Shown one piece after another: positions 40,100 through 50,840 of a stretch of 64,000 bases of DNA. Source of the DNA: Marsupella aquatica (taxonomy: Eukaryota; Plantae; Marchantiophyta); contig OZ316899.1 in assembly GCA_973895155.1 (NCBI GenBank), positions 10,104,287-10,168,286 of the forward strand, in the 5' to 3' direction. The notes beneath the pieces are model-generated. The model was given only the letters and a program-made list of their open reading frames with translations, searched no databases and was not told the origin of the DNA. The position numbers and the translations under genes are program-made. Every line of letters starts with the position of its first letter. Within the stretch, counting starts at the first letter, position 1.

Positions 40100-40645
40100 A
40101 TTGGACAAAGATCATCCATGTCCAAGTAGAGTCCAAGTAGAAGATAGTGATCTTTATTAGGAATTGGATAGAGATGATCTCTATCCAAACTGAGGACAGA
40201 GATCATCCCTGTCCAATTGGATAGGGATCATCTATTTCCAAAATGACGATAGAGGATGTCCAACCAGAGGATCGAAATTGTCCTATCAGAGGATGCTGAG
40301 GAACTTTATTTTTAATTGGATAGAGATGATCCCTATCCAAGTAGAGGATAGAGATGATCCCTGTCCAATTCCTAATAAAGATTGTCAGTATCCTCTAATC
40401 GAACAAAGATGATCTTTATTAGGAATTGGACAGAGATCATCTCTATCCAAGTAGAGGATAGAGATCATCCCTATCCAAGTAGAGGATAGAGATGATCCCT
40501 ATCCAATTCCTAATAAAGATTGTCAGTATCCTTTGATCGAACAAAGATTATCTTTGTTACGAATTGGACAGAGATCATCCCTATCCAAGTAGAGGATAGA
40601 GATCATCCCTGTCCAATTGGATAGGGATCATCTCTGTCCAAACTG
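40100..40645. repeat. Cluster of the same 21-bp palindrome (GGATAGAGATSATCYCTRTCC) upstream of the ParB-like gene
   Basis: About a dozen copies separated by aagtaga/aatt spacers. Confidence 0.9.
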
Positions 40646-40699
40646 TGAGAGAACCTCATCTTTGTCAATTACAAATTATGATTTTCCAAACTAATATGC

Positions 40700-43600
40700 A
40701 TGGATGGGACTATTGCAGGGAGCGATCTAAATGGATTGAAACCAGCAATTTCAGAATCAGACTGCTCCGAGGGAGTCTTGTTGGAGCAGAGCAAACCAGA
40801 TTTTTGTTGGGGCCTTGAGTTCTCTAGAGTTGATTTTGATTTCCTTAGCACGTCAGAGAGACGGGATCCCATTTTGTGCATAAAGGTCAGAACAGAAGAT
40901 CAAGAGACTCTTGTACTCGGACCTGTAGTCTTCATTGGAATTGAAGGAAGAGGGTTTGTTTCCATCATTCTTGAGCTCCATGAAAGGATACGATGGGTTA
41001 AGCTACATCTACCATCAAAGGCGTATTCTTCAGAGTTCAATGTTGAGTGGTCTGCTGTTGGAGAACTTGGCGTGATGGCAATGGGCTTTTTCCCTAAGTC
41101 GTATTCAACTCAAAAGGTGATTGCTGGAGTGAAGGGGATTCTTCCACTTGACATCATGTATGGGTTTCAATATGTGAAGCTGAATATCCATAAACACCAA
41201 GGGAATTATGCATTTCCGGTGACATGGATTTTAAATAATTTTCTTGACAAGGGAAGATTCCTATCTTTGGAATCAGGTGTTTGCCTTGACAAGCAAATTG
41301 CATTTGCGGAGGAGTTTGCAATGGATAATGCAAAAAAGTGGGTAGAATCATTACCCAAGCCTACAAATGTTGCACCAGTAGTGGTGAACGAGCTTCCAGT
41401 AGTTGTTAACAAAGAAGTTCTCAAAGAAGTTCCCAAACCTAGAAAAATATCTCAGGAGACAACAACAGGGACTGCAGGAACAACGGCTGGGACAAGCACC
41501 AAACAAGTGGTAGGGAAGCGAAGACTAAGAGAGAGGAAGGGTCGCGAGAAAATTGAGACATTGTTGAAGGAACCCGAGAAGAAGCCAGTGGTGAAGAAAC
41601 AGAAAACTGACAAGTCTCTTTTGCGGTCAACCCCTGCGGACGTACAGATGCTCCCAGAAGATGAGGGAGACAAACTTGATGCCCCTGAGGAGAAGAAGGT
41701 CTTAGAAGGAAATGATGTTCTCCAGAGAATAGAGCAGTACTATACTTTTGGGATAAATGAACTGTTTTCTATTCCAGTGGAGAAAATTGTGCCTGCACCT
41801 GCAAGATTATGTTACAGGATGCTCAGTAGTACCCATGTGAAGCACATAGCCGAATCCATGGTCAAAAACCCCGGACATGAACCTCACGTCGCGGACCTGC
41901 TTCCTTACAGTCTGAAGCTTAGAAAGTTGCTCCATTTTGACAGCACGGAGAACGACCGCAAAGACTTTCTTGCAGGAGTGAAGAAAGGCAAGATTGGTTT
42001 CTTTGCCATCAGTGGGCAACATTTGGCTAGGGCGGCCAAGTGGGTTCTCGAATGGGCCAAAACTGATGCCAAGCTCACAGTGTTGGCAAAAAAGTTAAAA
42101 TACAGGAAGTCTAGATTATTGTCAGACCTTACACCATCGGCTATATTGGTTGAGCACTCAATGAGATCAAATGCCATCAATTCGACGATGGTGTTTCAAT
42201 CGTGCTTCAAAGATACAATTGTTCATGCAAGGAAACAATTCCTTGAATGCGGAGGACCAAGAAAGCCAAAGCACGGGGACAACAAGTCAAACGCCCAAGA
42301 GAATCAAAAATTTCAGGTGAGAAACACTTTTCTTGTTTGGACAGAGATGGTCTCTGTCCAAGAGTGTGACCGTCCGTTACATTGATTTTAGTTCAATATA
42401 TTTCTGGTTATGACTTGGATGGAGATGGTCTCTGTCCAAGAGTGTGATCGTCCATTCTAGAGATTTCTCTTCCTTCTACTTTTGGTTATGACTTGGATGG
42501 AGATGGTCTCTGTCCAAGAGTGTGATCGTCCATTCTAGAGATTTCTCTTCCTTCTACTTTGGTTATGACTTGGATGGAGATGATCTCTGTCCAAGAGTGT
42601 CATCGTCCATTCTAGAGATTTCTCTTCCTTTTACTTTTAGTTATGACTTGGATGGAGATGGTCTCTGTCCAACAAGCAAGTGATAGTTTGTTGTCAAATC
42701 TCATTGATTGTAGATAACTTATTTTCCCCTAATTTTGACTGTAGGATTATTTGGCATTGGCAAGGATGACCATGGGGAGAAAAGACTTGAAAAATGTATA
42801 TTGGTTGCTCTTTGCCGAGAATGATCTTTTCGAGCTCTAGCGGTTAGTGTGCCAGATGTGGATTGATGGACATCTTCCTGATGGAGCTGGTACACAGGGA
42901 AACAAAAGGTCCAAAAAGGGTATAACGGTCGCAATGTTTCGTTGTTTTGATGGTGAAATATCAAGTAGAGATTTGACCAGAATTTTGAACAAGGTGAAGT
43001 CAGGTCAGGTTTTATTGAAGAAGGATCCGACAAATAAGTCAGATGTTCCAGCAATGGAGGACTTTGCAAAGGAGGTGAAGATATTGATCAAACTGAAGTC
43101 TCTTATTGGAGATTACTACTTCAAGAAGGATCCAAAAAACTTCCCAGCAGATAGTGATTGGGTTAAAGTAATTGAGGTCCTCCCATTGTTAGGTGTCGAG
43201 TCGGAGTTGAACAGGTGCCGAAGAGCGGCTGGTGAAGTATGGTTGACAAATTTATTGAACTCTAATCATACAAAGGAGAGTGAGATATTGCCAATGACAT
43301 TGGTGATGCGTCTAGATGATATTTACTGTCAGAAGTTTGGCGGAGGGACAAGTTCTCGGACCCAACCGTGGGTCACATTTTTTAGTAACAACCTAATGAA
43401 GACAGTCGATCCAAAGTCGTTGGAAGAACAATCTCCAACATGCCCTCTTGCAATTGTTGATTTCAGCCGACTTCAACAGAAGGAGTGGACCGAAGCAGAG
43501 ATTTTGGTACTCTTCCAATACATAGTAGAGCTACCACGGAATCCCACCATTGTTGTGATGATAACTGTCCATCCGGGTTACCTTGTACTGAATGTCCTAA

Positions 43601-45116
43601 GCGCTCTTCGTAAATTAGGACATTCAAAACTCTGACTATTCACATTGAGTATGGGAGTTATTACCGAGATGATCAACCTCACCCTCACGACTCATGTTGG
43701 AAGGGAGGAATAGAAGAAGTTATCTTTGCGGGAATTTCTTGCGAAGAGAACATCAGCTGGGATGAAGTGTTCAAGCCCAACCAGATGAAGCCAAAATGGG
43801 TGTACGGTGAAAAGGATACTGATTTCGTGGTTGAGAAGGTCAAGGGAAAGGGAAAGGCAAAGGACGCGGACGAGGAGTCATTACATGAAGATCTAAGAAA
43901 TATGATGACCCCAGAAGAGGCGGCAATACTTCTGCACATGGCACCTCGATTTGAGACGGTCGGCGCACGGGATGGGTGGGTGAATCCTCACGCCAAACCC
44001 ACACGGATGATCCAAAAGATCATCCAAACACTGTCCGAGCCGGGGGATTTGATTCTTGACTTTTTCTTTGGCGGTCAAGTGATGAAGGCGTCCCTTTTTT
44101 CTCAACGTGAATGTTTTGTTTATTGTGACTCTCAACATGAGAGACATTTTGTGGAAGCATATGCTTCGTTCCTTTGTGAGAAGGTTCCCACCATCAAAGA
44201 TCGTTCTGATCGCTATGTCGGTGGAAGTTCTAGACATTGGGAACCCTCTTCTGCCGCTGTTGCTATTGACGATGAATCAGATGGTGATCAAGAAGATGGA
44301 GCTGACCAATCAGTCAAAGACGATGGGCCATCGGAGGAGGCATACGTGAAGAATTTGGATGACCGAGTTGGCAAGGGTGAAAATATTGACCTTGTGGAAG
44401 ACGATATGATTGTTGGATCTGCACCTTGCAGTTCACCAATTACAGATGTTGCCCCCATGGGACCCAACGAGGGCCAGTATGATGATAACTTGGATAGAGA
44501 TGGTCTCCATCCACAATTGCCTGGACAAGAGATGGAAGCTGATACGTTTGAAAAACTGTCTTCAAACAACCTTCTCAATCAAGGTGCGGAGAGGCATGGT
44601 GAGTCCAATGAACTCGACATATTGGGATTGAGACCGTAGCCCATCCAAATAGCTGACATTCCCGTGAATGAAGCAAGTGCATCCACGACTGCTGACAACC
44701 AGGCAAGTGCTTCAAGTTGTCCCGATACACTCTTTTCCGCTTTTGATGACAAATTGGTGTTTGTTCGATCACAATCAAGAAGTCCCGTTATCCTTCCACT
44801 CTCAAAAAAGAAAGGGAAGAGAGTAGGATCAACTGGATATAAGTCACTTGAATATGATTGTCGATGTTACGTGTGGAAAAGTGGACCCGATTTAGGAACT
44901 GAAGTTGCATTGGATGTTGCTCAATCAATTTTGAACAATGACTCGTACAAAAAGCACAAGAAAGATCCAACTTATAGAAGTGGAGAATTGGGATTGATGA
45001 CTCCGGTTTGGTCTGCACCTTATTGGATAGAGGAGAGTACCTCCGATGTCAATTATGAGATCCAACAAGAGCTCGATGATGATATCTTGATTGATGAATA
45101 TGGATCGCATTGTTAG
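40700..45116 (+). pseudogene. Large gene with a ParB/sulfiredoxin-like domain followed by a beta-class N4/N6 DNA-methyltransferase-like domain
   Basis: ParB-like: SIPVEKIVP...YRMLSSTHVKHIAESM...FAISGQHLARA. MTase-like: LAIVDFSR...IEEVIFAG...NPHAKPTRMIQKIIQTLSEPGDLILDFFFGG...SQRECF. Intron 42317-42744; stops at 42838 and 44637; frameshift at ~43630. Confidence 0.7.
42335..42675. repeat. ~78-bp tandem repeat (about 4 copies) in the intron, each copy carrying the 21-bp palindrome
   Basis: tgacttggat recurs at 42411, 42489, 42566 and 42644. Confidence 0.9.
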
Positions 45117-45368
45117 CCAAGGTCTAGATTGAGCGATGTGACCTTATCAATTTGATATAATATAGTCTGTATAATTATACTTCAAGTTTAACAATTAGAG
45201 CATCAGTATCAATATCCATCTCCTCTTTACGGTTTCTCAATGAATACGATCAGTATGCAGATATATTTTCTTTGTGGTTGGCCACTTGTGTTGGGTTGAC
45301 AGAGATGATCTCTATCCAAACTTCAAATGTGGTTTTTTCTCTAAGATTGGTATTTGTTGCACTTGCAG

Positions 45369-46404
45369 AACCAAGACTTTGTTCCATCAAGCGCAAATTG
45401 CTGATTTTGGATCTTAACAAAATACTTTGGGATTCAGTTGAATTCCAAAGCAAGGGCAAATCCAGAAATGTTGTGACCCCAAGTGGAGTGCATTGGGATA
45501 GAAAAAATGGAATTAGTCGCATGTACGCAGAAAGGCCAGGGCTCCATGAGTTTCTAAAGTTGGTTTTTGACTGATTTGACGTTGCAATTTGGACATGTGC
45601 TGGGGTACATCGAACAGTGAAATGCTGAACTTGATGTTCACTGCTGAGGAGCGGTTGAAACTTAAGTTTGTATTCACACAGGTGGAAGCCTTTGACACAG
45701 GCATTCAAAGACGTGACATTACAAACGGAAAGGCAAATGTGCTACTGAAGGATTTTCGGGTGGTATGGAGTGGATTTGGAAATCTATATGATGAAACCAA
45801 CACCCTCCTTGTGGATGACTCCCCCCTTAAGGCATTTGCCAACCCAAGCATGATCGGACTATTTCCAGTGCCCTACACGCATGCCAATGGTGGAGATAAT
45901 TTTCTTCTAACAATTCTTTGGCCTTGTCTTGAGAAACTATCCCATGCAAGTGACATTAGATGTTATTTTCTTCTTAACTCTCCACTGTGGTCTCTATTGC
46001 ACATAAAGAGAGACAAGGTAAAAAATGAAATTACTTATGATCAACTTAGTAAGAGATGTGCAACAAAAATTTGGAAGTCACAGTTTACGCATAGTGTGTT
46101 GGACCTCAATAGCAATGAGATTCCTTGGAACGTGAAGCATCGTATATGTAGTTTACGTCCTGAGGCAGAACTTGATGATGCACTTGTCATGTCACTTGCT
46201 AAAGCATTTGTAGGAAGGGACTATTCAGGTCCACATAGAGAAAATCCCAGACACTTTTTCCGGGAGATTATAGCCATTAGGAACAACACCACCAAGTTTC
46301 AGCTCCCTAAAGATAAAGGGACTTGCAACCGTGACACTAGGGTAGATAGTAAAGGAGACAAGGGCACGTGCTCAAATACACATTGTAAGGAGCACTTTGT
46401 TTAG
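45369..46404 (+). pseudogene. FCP1/NIF-family HAD (CTD phosphatase-like) domain protein
   Basis: KLLILDLNKIL; RPGLHEFL; F(DV)AIWT; LLKDF; NTLLVDDSPLKAFANP. TGA at 45572 and a frameshift at ~45620. Confidence 0.85.
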
Positions 46405-49400
46405 AGATCTGACTCATGTTAAGCCCCTTAGATAGAAGAAAGACATTGTAAATTTGGAGATAATTGTATATTATTTTATAATCTATTTGGAGTTATGTCA
46501 TTTTGTTCACACATATTCAAGGGTTTCTTTGTGCTGAAATGTTTTTATAAGTATGATCTCTATCCTACTATTCTTTGTGAATTAATAAATAATGATCTCT
46601 ATCCTATTATTCTTTGTGAATCAATAAATGATATAATATGTATTATTTATTAATATAATACTAATATGATTTGGCCTATAAAGTGTACATTTAGGGACCA
46701 AAAAGTGTACATTTGGGTTTCTTAAAGTGTACATTTGGGGACATGAAAGTGTACATTTCAAGACTGATTTGTGAACAAAAGAAAATACACTTTTAATGAA
46801 TAGGCTGATCCGCTCTCTCAGTCTTATCTTTGCATTTATGGAGATGCTCCTACCGTAGTCTGGGAGTTGCCGACATTGTTGACCTCTTGTTGAGCCAAAG
46901 CTTTATTGCGCTGCCCGGTGCGGTGATGTTGAGTTTAGGAGTCTGCAAAACACCCTCAGCGCCAAGCTGAGCATTCAAGTTGGCTGCTCTTCGCAACTTA
47001 AAAGTGAGCGCACGACGCACATTGGCAGTGACCATTTTTTGTAGCTGCAAGTAGTGATGGTTTCACTTTGGGAGTTGGGAGCTCCTATGAAGGGTCAGCT
47101 GAACAAGCCTCATTGCTATTGGGAGTTGGCATTGGCAAGGAGGGCGGAGGGAACGGATTGGCAGCTGCAAGCTAGATTGGAGTTGTTGCGACTAACTCTG
47201 GACATTGCAAGGGTGTGTTTCGGGTGAGTTTTTGGTTGAAGAACCGGGAAGAGCCTGCGGTTTGCCATCAAGGAGCTGTACTTGGAGACCGGCCCTCGTA
47301 GCTACATTCTTCCATCCAGCACATGGGTGAGCAAAAGTTCATTTTTATCTCTCATTGTTTTTCTCCGACTCGTGCTTTGATCCAATGTATGTATTGTTGC
47401 TATGTCACGCTGTCAAGAGAGACTGGACATTGTAGCTACTCATTCTTGATCATGTCATCAGGCATAGGACCTCAACTGCGACGGAAAGATTCCACATTCT
47501 GTTGACCCAATTTAAGCTATAGGAGGCAAGAGCGGAGCCATGACACACTACAATACAGTTGGAGCCCACATTCGCCCAATGCAATCTTACTTGTTAGCTT
47601 CTACCTGCATCCTACATTGACCCTACATCTTGGAGAGGTGGAGCGAGGGCGTGCATCATGCAACCTAAGCCGGCGGATCTTGCCAGTCACTCAGGCAGGG
47701 CAGGGGTCCACCTTTGGAAGGTACAACCTAACTCAGAATTATTTGAATGTAGGACTTGGCTTCGATTGGCTCCTCTGTTTTGCTGGCTTCTTCATGTCTG
47801 CTCATAACATTTTTCTATGCACATAGTTATGGATAGAACATAGTAATTGGGATCATATTGTCTTCTGCTTTGTTGGGGATCCTCTTTGAATATATACTTG
47901 CATGGTCACATGTGTATGTAACTACATACACATTCTACCTGAGGGGAGTATGATTGTACACCTCAGGTAAAACCAAGCCAAGCCCTATAAGTAATTTTCT
48001 TAAAAGTAGAAAATATTTTCCATATGGGTATCTTCAGCTTGGGTTCAGGGAGTCAACCGAGCTGCTTGTTCTCTGCAACTTGTGAAGTGAATGAAGAGAC
48101 TGAATCCCCCTTTGAACTAAAATGCATACTTAGATGCTGTTTGGCCTCCTGCTGCGTCCTCTGGCTTGGGTAAGTTGGCTTTTGGCATTGTTTGTGAAAT
48201 GTGAGCGGATTGGGGCCCTCACCAAAATGTTCACAAGCTTTCACCCTCGTTCATTCAGCGATGCATGCTTAATTTGGACAACCAAGTGTAAAGTTGACTC
48301 TTTCCGAATATTGTAGTCTGTTTTGCCTTGAACTGGGCCATGGATGAATTGAGCTTGGAGGCAGTTTTTTCATTCCCATCTTCCTTTTGTCAAGTGAGCT
48401 TTTTGCCACCCCCTTTTGGTGGGCCCATTTTTAGGAAGATCCTTATTGTGAACACAGTCTGTACTTTGGTTATGAAGTTTGACTGAGTACTGCGGGCCAC
48501 TTCCTGTGCCAACCTATGCTGCAATTTGCTTTGTTTTGCATCCACTCCTTAGTTTCCTTCTATTTTATGGACGACTTTCATGCATATCATGTTTATAAGA
48601 GCTTTTGTGCTGATGCACAATATAGTTGTGCCAACTGAATGCCAGTCTGCCTACACTCCTGCTCATTTCACTCTTGCAAGCAGTGAACTACCTCTTTGTT
48701 GCTCACTGCCTCTCTGTTGTTCAATCTTTCTGGATATTGTAGTTTGCAACATTGTTGATTAGGAGTGTTTCATGCTAAGTTTATACTATGACCTCTAGTT
48801 GGAATCAAGGGAATGACACAGTGAGTGGGAACTGATAGTTCAGGTTGGTTGTTGTTGGTGAGGCAAGTATAGCTCCTGCTCACCTTGCTGATCGAAGGAC
48901 GTCAAAGGATGTGAACACAAGACATCTGAACAAAAGCAACAGTTATGGTGAGCACCCGCAATGCTGAACATGTGCGGCTTGCACGCAAGACAGAGAGGTT
49001 GCGTCTTGAGTATGTGAGACTTGGGATCCTTCCTGCCCAGTCTGCATGGTACTTTGAGTACCCTGTTGTTGCCAGGAATAACTACAGTCGGCCTGTTCCT
49101 GCTTCTCTACCCTTCCCAACATCCTTGGTATTTCTGTCTCTTGTACATAACCCGCCACAAATTAGGGCCCAAGGGTGTGTACACAGCTGCCAATATGACT
49201 GTCCTGCCTGTCGGGCTTCTGGCCCAGAGTTGGATGACCGTTCTCTTGGATGTCGATTTTTGCATAGAGCACAATGTATCATCTAGAACCACTCGCCATC
49301 CTGCAGTGTGCCTGGAGATGTCACTTGTCCTGGCCTCCCAGACCCCACCACCGGTGCGTTTGGTGTCTACACATGTTTGGATCACACGCTGTAGAGGAGC

Positions 49401-50179
49401 ACTTGTCACACCGTATGCACAGACCAGAGTGCAATGACCTATAACTTAATGCTCTGACTTAAGCACCGTAGATATTTATTTAAAATTTTGAAGTTTGAGC
49501 AATTTTGGGTGCAGGGTTTAGGATCCATAGTATATAACTTATCCTCATTTGGCTGCACTAAGTGGAATATCCTAATGTAAGAATTAAGCAAGCTCTCTTT
49601 AAATTCTCCAACGAAAGACTGCTTGAATGACTGCTTTAACTTGGCCAACATTGTAACATTATATGACAAAATTAATGGGCCATTGTGACGGGTACCCCGT
49701 CACGGGAAGTCACACATAACTGGTTGCAAAGGCCGATACCTTGTTAATAGTCAATGTAAATAAGCCATTTTTTAATTTTTAGTTAATTCCGTCATTATAG
49801 GTTGATGATGCCCCAGGTGACTTTATATTCTTTCTCTCATAATAGTTCTAAGATTTGCGGCGACCTAAGTGGGCAAATATTTTGGGACCTTGAAACTAGC
49901 CAGGACCAGCCCCATAGGACTTACCGTTTTGCTTCAAGAGCTATTGTTGAGACCCCCATTGCAAAGTCAGGAGAGGGGGGGGTTTTTTTTAAAATAAATC
50001 CCTCCTCAGGAGGGCGAGTCCCATTAGTGGCCGTCCGAGAGAAAGAGGGGCTGCCTCGCGAGCCCATAGGGCTGCGTGCCCGGGCGATTAATGGGGCTCC
50101 GCGAGCTGAAGGGGCTGCCTCGCGAGCCCATAGGGCTGCGTGCCCGGGCAATTAATGAGGCTCCGCGAGCTGAAGGAGC

Positions 50180-50420
50180 GCAAGCGAGCGGGGGGGGGGA
50201 GTTAAAGGGCCTCCCGCGAGCTGGGAGGATCACGCGAGCGGGGGGGAGTTAAAGGGCCTCCCGCGAGCTGGGAGGATCACGCGAGCGGGGGGGAGTTAAA
50301 GGGCCTCCCGCGAGCTGGGAGGATCACGCGAGCGGGGGGGAGTTAAAGGGCCTCCCGCGAGCTGGGAGGATCACGCGAGCGGGGGGGAGTTGAAGGGCCT
50401 CCCGCGAGCCGGGAGGAATG
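50180..50420. repeat. 47-bp GC-rich tandem repeat (~5 copies) in the LTR; second copy at ~60922-61162
   Basis: Unit cgcgagcgggggggagttaaagggcctcccgcgagctgggaggatca. Confidence 0.95.
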
Positions 50421-50840
50421 GCCGCGCGCCCTGCATAGGGCCGCGCGCAGGAGGACGCAAGGGTAAGGCCCGAGAAATAGGCCGGGGCGCATGGCGAAGG
50501 CGCCAGGAGTTTTTTCGGTTCTATTTTTTTTTCCTTCCTTTTTCTTTCCCTCTTCCTTTTGCACGACCCTCTCATTGCCGAAAGCAAAAACGGGGTTCTT
50601 CTCTCTCTTGCCGGAAGCTCTCTCCAGATTCTAATTATTTTTGAAGCTCTCTCTTTCATGGTGGATTAGTGGGGCTTGCTGGCGTCATTCTTCCAGGCAT
50701 TAGTGGCGGCCGCACGGAGTAGTGACGGGAAATTGAGAGAATTTAAGTGATCGGGCTACGGGGGCTGTTTCGGGCCAGGGAATTGACATTGCCACGGGTG
50801 ACGGGATTGGTGATTGAGAAATTGATTTCGGGATGCATGG

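Larger units (their letters stand above)
33505..46809. mobile_element. 13,305-bp Sola-like TIR DNA transposon with cargo genes
   Basis: 26-bp perfect TIR ATCAGCCTATTCATTAAAAGTGTATT; 4-bp TSD CCGC (33501-33504, 46810-46813); subterminal AAAGTGTACATTT repeats at both ends; DDD-type transposase. Confidence 0.9.
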
